Assembly (NCBI RefSeq): GCF_036588685.1
Contig: NC_086378.1
Location: 38,750,001-38,814,000, forward strand
DNA length: 64,000 nt
Source: Mytilus trossulus
Lineage: Eukaryota
Reading direction: 5' to 3'
Part shown: piece after piece, positions 26,101-39,170 of the stretch
Layout of the letters: each line of letters starts with the position of its first letter
Position numbering within the stretch: the first letter of the stretch is position 1
The notes under the pieces: generated by a model
The model's database searches: none
The model's input: the letters and a program-made list of their open reading frames with translations, nothing else
What the model was told of the DNA's origin: nothing
Program-made: the position numbers and the translations under genes

Positions 26101-29100
26101 AACATAGGACCCTATGGGAAATGCATACAAATGACTTCTTTTAGAGAACCACAGAATGGAATGAAACTAAACATGGCATGAATGTTCTTTATGGGGTGCT
26201 GACCAAGTGTTGTTACTTTGTAGCCGATCCATCATCCAAGATGGCCGCCAGTGGGCGACTTAGTTTAACATAGGACCCTATAGGAAATGCATACAAATGA
26301 CTTTTTTAAGAGAACCACTGAATGGAATGAAACCAAACATGACATGAATGTTCCTTATGAGGTGCTGACCAAGTGTTGTTACTTTGTAGCCGATCCATAA
26401 TCCAAGATGGCCGCCAGCGTGGGACTTAGTTTAACATAGGACCCTATGGGAAATACATACAAATGACTTCTTTTAGAGAACCACTGAATGGAATGAAACC
26501 AAACATGGCATGAACGTTCCTTATGAGGTGCTGACGAAGTGTTGTTACTTTGTAGCCGATCCATCATCCAAGATGGCCGCCAGCGGGCGACTTAGTTTAA
26601 CATAGGACCCTATAGGAAATGCATACAAATGACTTCTTTTAGAGAACCACTGAATGGAATGAAACTAAACATGGCATGAATGTTCCTTATGGGGTGCTGA
26701 CCAAGTGTTGTTACTTTCTAGCCGATCCATCATCCAAGATGGCCGCCAGCAGGCGACTTAGTTTAACATAGGACCCTATGGGAAATGTATACAAATGACT
26801 TCTTTAAGAGAACCACTGAATGGAATGAAACCAAACATGGCATGAATGTTCCTTATGAGGTGCTGACCAAGTGTTGTTACTTTGTAGCGGATTCATTATC
26901 CAAATGGCCGCCAGCGGGGGACTTAGTTTAACATAGGACCCTATGGGAAATGCATATAAATGACTTCTTTTAAAGAACCACTGAATGGAATGAAACCAAA
27001 CATGGCATGAATTTTCCTTATGAAGTGCTGATCAAGTGTTGTTACTTTGTAGCCAATCCATCATCCAAGATGGCTGCCAGGGGGCGACTTAGTTTAACAT
27101 AGGACCCTATAGGAAATGCATACAAATGACTTCTTTTAGAGAACCACTGAATGGAATGAAACTAAACATGGCATGAATGTTCCTTATGGGGTGCTAACCA
27201 AGTGTTGTTACTTTCTAGCCGATCCATCATCCAAGATGGCCCCCGGCAGGCGACTTAGTTTAACATAGGACCCTATGGGAAATGTATACAAATGACTTCT
27301 TTAAGAGAACCACTGAATGGAATGAAACCAAACATGGCATGAATGTTCCTTATGAGGTGCTGACCAAGTGTTGTTACTTTGTAGCCAATCCATCATCCAA
27401 GATGGCTGCCAGGGGGCGACTTAGTTTAACATAGGACCCTATAGGAAATGCATACAAATGACTTCTTTTAGAGAACCACTGAATGGAATGAAACTAAACA
27501 TGGCATGAATGTTCCTTATGGGGTGCTGACCAAGTGTTGTTACTTTCTAGCCGATCCATCATCCAAGATGGCCCCCGGCAGGCGACTTAGTTTAACATAG
27601 GACCCTATGGGAAATGTATACAAATGACTTCTTTAAGAGAACCACTGAATGGAATGAAACCAAACATGGCATGAATGTTCCTTATGAGGTGCTGACCAAG
27701 TGTTGTTACTTTGTAGCCGATTCATTATCCAAAATGGCCGCCAGCGGGGGACTTAGTTTAACATAGGACCCTATGGGAAATGCATATAAATGACTTCTTT
27801 TAAAGAACCACTGAATGGAATGAAACCAAACATGGCATGAATTTTCCTTATGAGGTGCTGATCAAGTGTTGTTACTTTGTAGCCAATCCATCATCCAAGA
27901 TGGCTGCCAGCGGGGAAATTAGTTTAACATAGAACCCTATGGGAAATATATACAAATGTCTTCTTTTAGAGAACCACAGAATGGAATGAAACCAAACATG
28001 GCATGAATGTTCCTTATGAGGTGCTGACCAAGTGTTGTTACTTTGTAGCCGATTCATCATCCAAGATGGCTGCCAGCAGGGGACTTAGTTTAACATAGGA
28101 CCCTATGGGAAATGCATACAATTGACTTCTTTTAGAGAACCACTGAATGGAATGAAACCAAACATGGCATCAATGTTTCTTATGAGGTGCTGACCAAGTG
28201 TTGTTACTTTGTAGACGATCCATTATCCAAGATGGCCTCCAGCGGGGGACTTAGTTTAACATAGTACCTTATGGGAAATGCACACAAAGGATTTCTTTAA
28301 GAGAACCACTTAATGGAATGAAACCAAACATGGCATGAATGATCCTTATGAAGTGCTGATCAAGTGTTGTTACTTTGTAGCTGATCCATCATCCAAGTTG
28401 GCTTACAGCAGGGAACTCAGTTTAACATAGGACCCTACAGGAAATATAAACAAATGACTTCTTTTAGAGAACCACTGAATGGAATGGAACCAAACATGGC
28501 ATGAATGTTCCTTATGGGATGCTGACCAAGTGTTGTTACTTTGTAGCCGATCCATCATCCAAGATGGCCACCAGTTGGGGACTTTTGAATGAAATCAAAC
28601 ATAGCCTGAATGTGTCCTTCCTTATGAGGTTGTGTTGTTACTTTAAGCCAGATTTTTTATTTTTAATATGATTTCAAAAACCCAAGTAGAATCAGGTGAG
28701 CGATACAGGTTCTTGAGAGCCTCTAGTTTTGTGTTGCTGTCAAATTATGACAATATTGATAATGAGCTTTTTCCCAGTACAGATTCAGTATTAATTCAGC
28801 CCATTATCTTTGATAACAACCTGTCTAATAAGAAAGTTTCTGCAAAGGTAACATTTCCTTCTGCAAAAATGAACTGATCAGGAAATTATGAACTATAATT
28901 TGCATTAAAGGCACCACAATTCAGTTACCTTGTTTTGTAACCCCCATTGACAAAAAAATGATTGACATTTATAATGGTTACATTGGTTACATCAGACAAA
29001 CAAATCATAAATCATCATATTCAGAAATTCTCAAATCCTGGTACATTTGTAACCTCCATTGGCTCAGAGAAGAGGCTGAGCCTTTTATGACTTGTGTTTT

Positions 29101-32100
29101 GTATCCATTTAGATCTCTCTTGTAATGCTAATCATCAAGAGGGCTGAGGAAATCCCTAGTTCTATGGGGCAATCATTCTACAGAAATAACTGGTCCTGAT
29201 TTCAGTGATTTCTTTAGAGGGTTTAAATTTTGGCCCCTATCCTTTCAGTTAAATCCTCATCTTTTAAAACAAATTCTAAGGAAAGTGCTGTATCCTAACC
29301 GGCACCAATAAGCAAAAATTTAAAAATATTTTTACGACATTTGACAATGAGGGTCGGTTGAAAACAAAACTTTACAACAAAAGAGATGATTTCAGCTTTC
29401 CAATTTTGAACTTTCCATTTCTAAGTAGCAACATTCCAGCAGCACCTGCATACGGGGTATATATCTCCAAATTGATACAATATTCCCGTGCTTGCATTTC
29501 CTATCATGATTTTCTTGATAGAGGGTTGCTGCTCACAAGGAAGCTCTTAAACCTAGAGTTCAAATGTTGAAGTTGAAATCATCCCTTCGTAAATTTTACG
29601 GACGCCATCAGGAGTTTGTTGACCGTTATGGAATAACCATTTCACAAATGATATCGAATATGTTCTTTACGTCGTAACTATAATCCCCTTCCCTTTCATG
29701 AATGTGACCTACCAAATTAGACTATTTACCGAATTTGTTATCACATAAGCAACACGAGGGGTGCCACATGTGGAGCAGGATCTGCTTACCCTTTTGGAGC
29801 ACCTGAGATCACCCCTAGTTTTTGATGGGGTTTGTGTTGTTAATTATTAAGTTTTCTATGTTGTGTCATGTGTACTATTGTTTGTCTGTCTGTCCCTTTG
29901 GTTTCTTTTGTCCCTCTTTTGCAATTTGTGTACATTAAAAACTTTTCAGTTTTAAAAACTTTAATTAATCATCAATCCAACAAATAATTTTGTTTATCTG
30001 TAGACAACCATGTTTATTAATTAATAATATTCCATAATTTTCGACAGGTGAGAATAGTCAAGTTGATGTTCTGGTACATAGTACAGATGTGTTCACTTGT
30101 GGTATTTGTGAGCATAATGAAGAAAACCTCATAGATTTTTTAAAACACAAGATACAACGTAAGTAATAAGTTTTAATATTGTTAAATGCTATTTTGAGCT
30201 TGACCTTAAAAGAGGCATTACATGTAGCTATAATGAGATATATGTAAAATGAGATCTTTTTTTTGTTCATTCAATAATGAAAGTCATGTGAAAGTTAAAT
30301 AGTGAATTTATAATAATAAACCAGCTTTTAGCAGCCAGTTTGGTTCAATTTTATCAAACATTGCTGATGAACTTTTCACTTGCAAGTGAATATTTAAATC
30401 TCTTTAATCTGTATGCCTATGACCTAGAAGTCCTTCAATTAAACCCTTAAGCTGGAGATGGATTATATGTATAATATTTATATAATCCATCTCCAGATTA
30501 AGGGTTTAATTGAAGGACTTATATATATATATATAAAAGATGTGGTATGAGTGCCAATGAGACAACCCAAAAATGACTCATGAAAAACCATTCAAACAGG
30601 AAAACCAAGTCTAAAGTATATGAAAAACAAAAAACAAGAAACATTAATAAACCACATCAACAAACGACAACCACTTAACATCAGGTTCTTTACGTAGGAC
30701 AGGTGCAAACAAACCCAGTGGGTTTAAACCTACCAACCTTCACCCTTACCTGGAACAATAGTGTAACATCACAACATAGAAAAACACACTATAAAATATC
30801 AATTGAACTCAATACATATGAAAACAAAAAGTTAATATATATATACACTGAACAGATGAATTTGATCTATGATACATGTATTCAGCTATTAAAAGGAAAA
30901 GAATGTTAACATTGAAAGTGAAACAAGGATGTTTTTTTATGTATTATTGTCATTTTATTTATTTTCTTTTGTTACATCTTTTGACATTGGACTCAGACTT
31001 CTCTTGAACTGAATTTTAATGTGCATATTGTTATTCTTTTACTTTTCTACATTGGCTAGAGGTATAGGGGGAGGGTTGAGATCTTATAAACATGTTTAAC
31101 CCCGCCACATTTTTGCGCCTGTCCCAAGTCAGGAGTCTCTGGCCTTTGTTAGTCTTGTATGATTTTAAATTTTAGTTTCTTGTGTATAATTTGGAGTTTA
31201 GTATGACGTCCATTATCACTGTACTATTATGCATATTTTAGGGGCCAGCTGAAGGACAACTACGGGTGCGGGAATTCTCGCTACATTGAAGACCCATTGG
31301 TTGCCTTCGGCTGTTGTTTGCTCTATGGTCGGGTGGTTGTCGCTTTGACATATTCACCATTTCCTTTCTCAATTTTATGAACCATTTCGTTGACTGATTC
31401 AATCCACAAAACAATCAATCTTTATATATAGGTTAAAACATTGTTAAACATACTTTTAAACTTACAATATGAAATCAAATAGACCTAGAAAAATTTATTT
31501 GCATGTGACTGCTATCTTAATGTTTATATTTATCATGTTTATGTTTATATTGGGTTATATGACCTTCTGCAGGCCTCACAGGTCAAATATATTTGATTGA
31601 CAATTTGCATCATGTACATGATTGTATGACAAAGGGACTTTTTTTCTTTTGTTTCAGATCAAGGACCAGGAAACTGCTATGTTTGTCAGCTATGTAAGAT
31701 TTCATATACTAAAGACTCCTCGCTTACTCAGCATTATAAAGTGAAACATAAAGTGTCATTGGTTCCTAGGAAAAAAAGGAATAATAATTTTCATGAAAAA
31801 GAAGATATCCAAGACATAACAAACATTATAGAGGAAAAAGGAAATGATTATGATCTTCAAATTGTAAATATGGAAAACCTTGATGTTGTCAATTTATTAA
31901 ACAGTGACGGTTCTGACAACAGTAAATGTGATCCTGATTATGAAAAAGACAGCCAAACAGATGGGCCTCAAACTGATACAGCTGATTGTGATATAATTAA
32001 TTATTGTGAAGAAATTCCTGCTTCAGTAACTGTTAACCCAGCCATTGAAGATCATTTGCCAATGGATCACAGTCACGGAACAACAGAAATTGGACATTTA

Positions 32101-33519
32101 GATCTAAAAGCTAATAATGACCTGTCATTATCTTATACAAGTACAGTTGCTATCAAAGATAATCAGGAAGTTGTCTCGCCAAATTCAGCACATGGGGAAA
32201 ACAGTGTTGTCACCTGCAATATTGAAATAATAAGCTTGGATGAACCTAGTAATGACCTTTTTATTGATGATGACGAATCGTCAGAGAGAAATTTGAAATA
32301 TGTAAATGATGATATAACAGATGAAAATGATTTCTTTTTTTGTGTGAAAACAAATTTAAATGCAGGAAAAAGTATTATTTATGAAAGACAAAATTTGTGC
32401 TGTATATATTGTAATTACCAAGATATGGTATTGGCAAACTTGTATCAACATATGTCTGATCAGCATGTAGATCACATGAATACTAAGGAAGAACTCAAAC
32501 TTGAAAACACAAATGACAATATAAAGCTGATGAAATTTTCTGAATATAAAAACATTTGCTTAAAATATCACATGGGATCTGGCAGAAAGAACAGAAATAC
32601 CGAAATGCAAGACCAAGCAGGAGAATTTCCATGTGGGAAATGTGATAAAATATTCACTAGATTGCGTTATTTGAAAAAACATAATACACTCCATAAACCT
32701 GAAAAACCTTTTCTGTGTGATTTTTGTGGAAAATCATTTAAGACTCAAACCTACCTTACTATACATCATCGCTCACATTCCAAGAAGTCGTACCAATGTG
32801 AACAATGTGATTTTTCATCATCAAATACTGCCTTAATACACATACATAGGCAACATCATAACAATGGGTGTGTTTTATGTGATATCTGTGGTAATGCATA
32901 CTCTGATAAATCAACTTTAACCAAACACAAACGTGTTCATGATCCTAATCGACCATATCAGTGCAATTACCCAGGATGCACTTGGCGGTTTTTAACAGAA
33001 GTTATGTGCAGGGCACATCAAAGGAATCATGACACAGAAGGAAAATTTAAATGTTCCCATTGTGGTTATGTCTTTCGACACAAACATCATGTCAAAAGGC
33101 ATGAAGCTCAAGTGCATGGTATTAAAAATCAACCTATTAAGATTGATGATAAAACCGATTGTGGATCAGAACCATCAAGTATGAATAACATACAGAGTAT
33201 TAATGAAGACAAAAATACAAATGAATTGCAGGAAAAAGAGACATCTACAGTTAACGTTATAGTAGAATCAACAGAAGAAAGCACCTGTTTACAGGAGTCT
33301 GTGTCTGGTGGTCAGTTAGTAATTACAACAGACACTGAAGGGAATGCCTTGAATTATCAACTCACGGAAATTTCCAATATAGCTTTAATGGACTCAGGAG
33401 GAGGGAGAACAATTATAATTCCTCAAATTGACTATGGAAATGTTGTTTTGCAGAGGGTGGAAAATGCAGTTGGAGATACACCAATGATTAAAGTTACAGA
33501 ATTAAAGGAGAATATATGA
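23107..33519 (+). CDS. C2H2 zinc-finger protein, about 673 aa, about 9 fingers. Exons 23107-23155, 30048-30158, 31658-33519
   Basis: Two phase-1 introns join MNSNARIICINSENVNG-ENSQVDVLVHSTDVFTCGICEH...HKIQH-QGPGNCYVCQLC...HYKVKH to the 592-aa ORF. That ORF has one isolated finger and six tandem fingers (CGKC, CDFC, CEQC, CDIC, CNYPGC, CSHC) with a KPEKPF linker. Exon 1 is the least certain assignment. Confidence 0.85.
23262..25681. mobile_element. About 2.4-kb non-autonomous TIR element with subterminal GCCCCAC repeats; truncated copy at 9166-11027
   Basis: Left end GACAAATCGCCCCACTGTCAAATCGCCCCACTTTT versus right-end reverse complement GACAAATTGCCCCACTGGCAAGTCGCCCCACTTTT. Confidence 0.75.
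25738..28728 (+). mobile_element. HINE/Helentron-type element carrying about 17 copies of a 166-bp satellite
   Basis: 5' tttagctcaagtgagcttttct...gtccgtcgtcgt; 3' tcaggtgagcgatacaggttcttgagagcctctagttt (subTIR plus hairpin); inserted in a T-run. Confidence 0.8.
25805..28640 (+). repeat. Tandem array, 166-bp unit, about 17 copies
   Basis: The marker gaaccac recurs every 165-166 bp from about 25815 to about 28470; the unit contains ttagtttaacataggaccctatgggaaat and caagatggccgcc. Confidence 0.95.
29338..29900 (+). mobile_element. Penelope-like retroelement 3' fragment (RT C-terminal region), degraded
   Basis: LKTKLYNKRDDFSFPILNFPFLSSNIPAAPAYGVYISKLIQYSRAC resembles the Penelope-like RT C-terminus; frameshifted after 29570. 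Confidence 0.7.
30935..31378 (+). repeat. Abundant SINE-like interspersed repeat. Related copies at about 4640-5056, 6950-7358, 11485-11770, 33545-33700 and 39840-40500
   Basis: Shared core acatgtttaaccccgcc...cctgtcccaagtcaggagcc; common 3' ends ttgtctc...cattctcaatttt or ggca.tcataccacatctt. Confidence 0.7.
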
Positions 33520-34135
33520 TATTTTTTTGCAATTGTCTTTTATCATTTTTTTATTTCAAGGCCTTTTTTAGCTGACTATGCAGTAAGGGTTTTACTCATT
33601 GTTGAAGGCTGTATAGTAACCTAGGGCTATAGTTGTAAATTTCTGTGTCATTTGATCTCTTTTGTAGAGTTGTCATTTGCAATCGTACCATGTCTTCTAA
33701 TTTTACAGGAACATGTTCCCAATTACAATACAAGGTTGCATGAACATGATGAACAATAATTATAATAAACAGGGATTCAGCTTTAAGATTTTTGGCAATG
33801 GCTTCATGAATATTGTTTTAGAAATTTTATTTAAAAAAGTGGCAGAAGATACTTAGGTAATATAAAGTTGAGAAAATTTAACAATCAGCAATGCAAAAAA
33901 AAAAAAGAAGGAAAAAGCTATAAAAAGACAAAAAGTCCACAAAAAAACTTCATAGAAAACTATAGTGTACCCAGGTCTCAGGTGACAACAATAATAGGAA
34001 GACGACATGCTTGTTGTCATCAGTGGCACAGGTAATGGTTAACAGCTATCATCCAGAACAGTTATTGTAAGTTCATAAATTATTGCGTGCGTTTATTATT
34101 GTGATTTTTGAAAATGGACAAATAAGCGAGATTTA

Positions 34136-34471
34136 GGAGATAACTTTATTGTATTTTAAGCTCTGACGGCATCAATTGGGGATTTGATGGTCGCAAAATT
34201 AAGTTTACTGGCGACGCGTTAGCGGAGACAGTTAACGGGTATTTGCGACCATCAAATCCCCAATTCATGCAGTCAGAGCTTAAAATACAATATTGTTATC
34301 TCCATTCTAATGAAACTGACAGCAAACAACGTTAAAACATGTATTTAAAATCTGTCATATGCCGTCTGCGCTTGTGCGTACGTCCCATAGCATCAATTGT
34401 CAATTGATGCCATGTAAGAAAGTGAGGTTATCCAATCAAATTGAACGTTACGAACGTTGTTGCATTAGAAT
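34136..34471. mobile_element. Hairpin-headed non-autonomous element (family A), nested inside another TIR repeat
   Basis: About 168-bp palindrome at 34136-34303, then short inverted repeats ATTCTAATG...CATTAGAAT enclosing a CCAATCA motif. Confidence 0.6.
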
Positions 34472-35054
34472 AATTATTGCAATGTCAGGAAAATGAATGA
34501 GAGTTCTTATTATTGCGATACTCACTCAGTCACATTATTCACATTTATAAAAAACTCGCAATAATTTTTGAATTTACAGTAATAACCAACTTGTGATGGT
34601 CTCTGTAAAACTTTCAAAAGGATGACTTGAGAGTCACTACTTAAATCATTGGTTCATTTGGGTTTCTTTTAAGTGTACATGTCAACCCACTATCTAAAAT
34701 CCCATTTTTGGTTATACTCAATATGCTGGGCCTGTTTAAAAAAAAACCATTTCTAGTGATCTATATATGTTATCATGTATGAGTCAATGACACAGGATGG
34801 CAAATCTATATTGTATTGGAGGGACTGATTGATTAACAAAATCCTGTAATCTAAACCAGACCTCCAGAGTTCTCTGGTTTCTTAAACTCTATCCATAAGT
34901 TTTTATGGTCACTTATTCTGAGACAAATGAATGCAAATTTTAGGATTCAAAATTATTATAAGGAATCAAATTTTGTATATATTTTTATAGAAATATGAAT
35001 GGAATGTATAGTATGATCCCTTTTGTTAGCCTTTACATGTGCAAGTCAAAACGT

Positions 35055-35772
35055 ATACCCCCTGCTAACAGAAGTTTAAGGGGTATAGAGGAATCACCAT
35101 GTCTGTTTTTCTGTCCCTTCAAATTTGTGTCCAAAATTAAACTTAGTTTGATTTTAACAAAAATTTAATTCTTGAGGTTCTTTGATATGCTGAATCTAAA
35201 CATGTACTTTGATTTTTTTTATTATGGGCCATTATCAAGTTGGTCCAAAATTAAACTTCGTTTGATTTAAACAAAAATTGAACATATGGGGTTCTTCAAT
35301 ATGCTGAATCTAACCATGTATTTAGATTTTTAATATTTGGGCCCGGACGGTTATCAAATTGGTCCACATTGTGGTCTAAAGGGTCTAAAATAGAACATTA
35401 TTTGATTTCATCAAAAATTGAATTCTAAGGGTTCTATGATATGCTGAATCTATTAAACCATGTATTTAGATTTTGGATATTGGACCATAATAGGTAAATG
35501 TCCAATTTAATAAGTTTTTAAGTTTAAGTTCTTAGACCACATTCATTCCGTGTCGGAAACCTATGTTGTGTCAACTACTTCTGCTGTTGTTTTTTATTTT
35601 GGTCGGGTTGTTGTCTCTTTGACACATTCCCCATTTCCATTCTCAATTTTATTTCATCACAATCCAAATTCAGAGCTATATCAAGCTTAAATGTTGTGTC
35701 CATACTTGCCCCAACTGTTCAGGGTTTGACCTCTGCGGTTGTATAAAGCTGCCCCCTGCGGAGCATCTGGTT
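35055..35772 (+). mobile_element. Element with about 3 internal tandem units (about 115-145 bp) and a HINE-like 3' end
   Basis: Repeated tccaaaattaaact...gatatgctgaatcta units; 3' ctgcggttgtataaagctgccccctgcggagcatctggtt. Confidence 0.55.
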
Positions 35773-35884
35773 TCATCTTGCCTTTCGCGTGACTTCATTT
35801 TCATGGTTGATTGGATGTTTGAAAGTTTTTGTGATTTGGGTTAGTTTTCATATACTACTGCAATAGAAAATACAAAACAATCAA

Positions 35885-36470
35885 AAGCCAGCTACAACAA
35901 GGTCTGAGGAGGTCATACTGGCTGTATGAAGAGATTCTGGACATTCATAAAGCACAAACGAAGTAATGGAAATGAAGTCTCACCACTGAAAAAAAAGATG
36001 GCCTACTACATTCAGATCCTTTGGCAAATATACTTAACCAACAGTTCCAGTCTGCTTTTACTGGAAAAAAATAAGCTTTTCCAATCAGGAATTCCATGAC
36101 AGATGTGGATCTTAAAAACACTGGCCCAGACAAAATTACATCTAAGGTTCTATTTAAACGAATTTATAGACACCGAAATAGCACCAATACTCAGCAACAG
36201 TCATATGAGTCTGGAAAATAACCAAATGTCTGTCCTATCTTTAAAAAGACCAGAAATACAAAGCAGAAAACTACCACCCAGAATCTTTAACGTGTATAGC
36301 CTGTAAAATCACAGAACACATAATTACCAGCAACATCATGGCTCACTCGGACAAACATAATATCCTGCATCCTATGCAGCATGGGTTCCGCAAAAAAATA
36401 GCATGCGAAACTCAACTCATCATTTCATAGATGATATCGCACAAAACCTGGACGAAGGCAAGCAAACTGG
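35885..36470 (+). mobile_element. Degraded CR1/L2-type LINE ORF2 fragment
   Basis: KRFWTFIKHKR...LANILNQQFQSAFT and ...HNILHPMQHGFRK motifs, with frameshifts. Confidence 0.7.
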
Positions 36471-36879
36471 CCACGTTCAGTCTTGATATATCATTTCATA
36501 CACCAAATAAAATTTACCTTTTGCTTATAGTATCTGAAAAGCTGATAAATACTTATATTAACATTGCCATAATCATGATAATGCAAGGAGATTTGGCTAG
36601 CCACAAAACAAGGTCCAACCCACCATTTTTTTTTAAATGTCCTATATCAAGTAAGGAATATGACAGTTGTTATCTAATAGTTCTTTTCTGTTTACAAATG
36701 TATGTTGTTTTGTTTTTCATTGGACTAAAGTGTTCTGTTCTTTCATTGTTTTCTTCTTCTAGTTGATGTGTTTCCCTCAGTTTGAGTTTGTAACCTGGTT
36801 TTGTTTTCTCTTAATCGATTCATGACTTGAACAGCGGTATACTACTGTTGCCCTTTATTAATTTTCTAAACATCGACAA

Positions 36880-37262
36880 ATGAACCATGAAAATGGGGTA
36901 GAGATCATATGAGCCCTGACAGACTGACATTAACACCTTTCAATCATTCCATACATCAAATATAGTTTACTCATTGCTTATAATATCTGAACTTGACATG
37001 ACAAAACACTGAAAACGAATCATTGACCAATGAAGAAAGAAAATGAGTACAAGGTTATATGACCTCTGCCTAGCAAACATAAACACCTTACAATTATTCC
37101 ATACACCAAATATAATTAACCTATTGTTTATAGTATCTAAAGAACTGAATACTATGAGATCTGAATATTAACCTTTAAACCATGAAAATAAATGAGTTCA
37201 AGGTATGAAATATGCCAGACAGATGTGTTCACCTTACAATCATTCCATACACAAGAGTTGCC
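36880..37262. repeat. Degenerate tandem units (ccatgaaaat...caccttacaatcattccatacacc); the same family occurs at about 12750-12960
   Basis: Three related units about 145-155 bp apart. Confidence 0.55.
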
Positions 37263-37489
37263 CTATCTTCTTCTTCTTCCAGTTAAGTGGCCACAATCAA
37301 CTGTCTGATTATTCTGCCACTGTGTGTTGCGCATGAAAGTCCAAAGAAAATTTAATTATATTTACGATTTTGTGAAAACTAAAATCCTATATACAGGTGC
37401 TCATTAAAAACAAGTGTTTATAGATATAGGAAGCTGTGGTGTGAGTGCCAATGAGACAACTCTCCATCCAATTTATGTCTATATTGTTA

Positions 37490-37890
37490 GCTGAGCCTTG
37501 AAGCATTCAAGACTCGTGGCGGTGGTAGTGGAAAGTGGTAAGGCATTCCATTCCCGTATTGATTTTGGATAGAATGACCTTTTCCTTATATCCATTCTAC
37601 AAAGAGGAATCTGGAAACATCCAGTCGGAATTGTTCTTGATGCTCGGCTTGTTGGAATAAGTTTAGATGTTGCATCTATATTAACTTACTAGGCAGTTTG
37701 AAATTTTGTACATCATGCACATCCTTGTTGTTGATCTCCTCTCTTCTAGTTTTTGCCACTCAAGTTGCTTTATGATGGTGTCTACTGATGATGTCTTACG
37801 GTATTTGTTGGTAACATACCTAGCCCCTCTGCATTGTATTATATCAATTTTTTCTTGTTGTTTTGTTGATGGGGGTCCCAGACTGCCGTT
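37490..37890 (-). mobile_element. CR1-type LINE ORF2 C-terminal fragment
   Basis: Minus-strand translation gives WDPHQ...VTNKYRKTSSVDTIIKQLEWQKLEERR...MMYKI and WNALP...SLECFKAQL. Confidence 0.7.
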
Positions 37891-38129
37891 GGTCTGACTA
37901 ATGACTTGTATGCATTTTATTTCAGTTGTTTGTTGCTGATGTTTAGATTTCTTTTTTAAAGTATAATATGTCTGTGGGGCAGAGTAAATAAACTTGAAAT
38001 TTTAATGTTGTGGCCAAACTAGTTTTAGGGTGAACACTAGATTTTCCAAAAGAATCCGGTGACCTGAGAGATGACTTAGTTTGTTTAAAACTGGTATGAA
38101 TGAATACTGTTATATGTAATGCAGTAAAG

Positions 38130-38961
38130 AACAGTTAAAGCAAAAACCACCAAAATTCATAATTGATCTGTATTTTGTTGTAATAGCATTGGGTATAAGT
38201 TTCATAGCATTTGGTGGAGGCATGAGTTAGAGAATGGAAACGAAGTATTCAGCAGTTTTTCCATTTGTAAAGGGGCTGACTCTAGAATAATAAAAGTGAC
38301 AACCCCAAAAATCTAACTACTTCAGTATTTTGTGATAATTAGCATTGTGTACAAGTTTAATAGCATGTGGTTTGAGTATTAAAGAGAAAAAAAACGAAAT
38401 ATTTAGCAAATTTTCCAATTGTAAAGGGGTTCAACTCTAGAATAGTTTAAGTGACGACATCAAAATTCAAACTTGATATGTATTTAGTTGTAATAAGCAT
38501 TTGGTTTATGTGCATAGCATTTGGTTGAAGCAAACTAAAGTTAGAGAATGGAAACGAAATATTCAGCAAATTCTTCATTTGTTAATGGGATGACTCTAGA
38601 ACATTAAAAGTGACACACCTTAAATTCTAACTTGATCTGTATTTTGTGGTTATAAGCATTGTGAATAAGTTTCATAGCATATGGCTGAGGCAAACTAAAG
38701 TAAGAGGATGGAAACGAAAAATTTAGCAATATTTCAAATTATAAAGGAGCATGACTGGAGAACAGTTAAAGTGATGGCCCCAAAATTCTAACTTGATCTG
38801 TATGTTGGAGTTATAAGCATTGTGTATAAATTTCATTTCATTTGGTTGAGTCAAACTAAAGTTAGAGAATAGAAACCAACTTTGGGACGTACAGTGCAAA
38901 ACATGTTCAGACAGACAAGGGTGAACATTAATGCCCCTCTGCTATGGTGGGGGCATAAAAA
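38130..38961 (-). mobile_element. HINE-type element with about 5 internal tandem units of about 160 bp
   Basis: Repeated aacttgatctgtattttg...agcatttggttgag...ggaaacgaaa units; ends cagacagacaagggtg...atgcccctctgctatggtgggggcataaaaa (hairpin). Confidence 0.75.
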
Positions 38962-39170
38962 CACACATCTACATCTGCGACTCATCACTCAAGTATAAAT
39001 TTTACTTTGAAGTCTTCCAACATGTACAGTATTTATTATTCTCTGCTTTCCTTGGACAAATGCTATGTGGGTGACTAACACATACTGTTTAACAGTAAAT
39101 AACTCAATACCACAAACCAGAAATGAATTTATTTATAAATGGTCTCAAATTATATTAGTGAGTTCAATAG

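Noticed and set aside
25805-28640. Regularly spaced repeats resembling a CRISPR array; short ORFs 26379-26567 and 27872-28060
   Set aside because: Whole 166-bp units repeat with no unique spacers and no cas genes, in a eukaryotic context. The ORFs are satellite translations.
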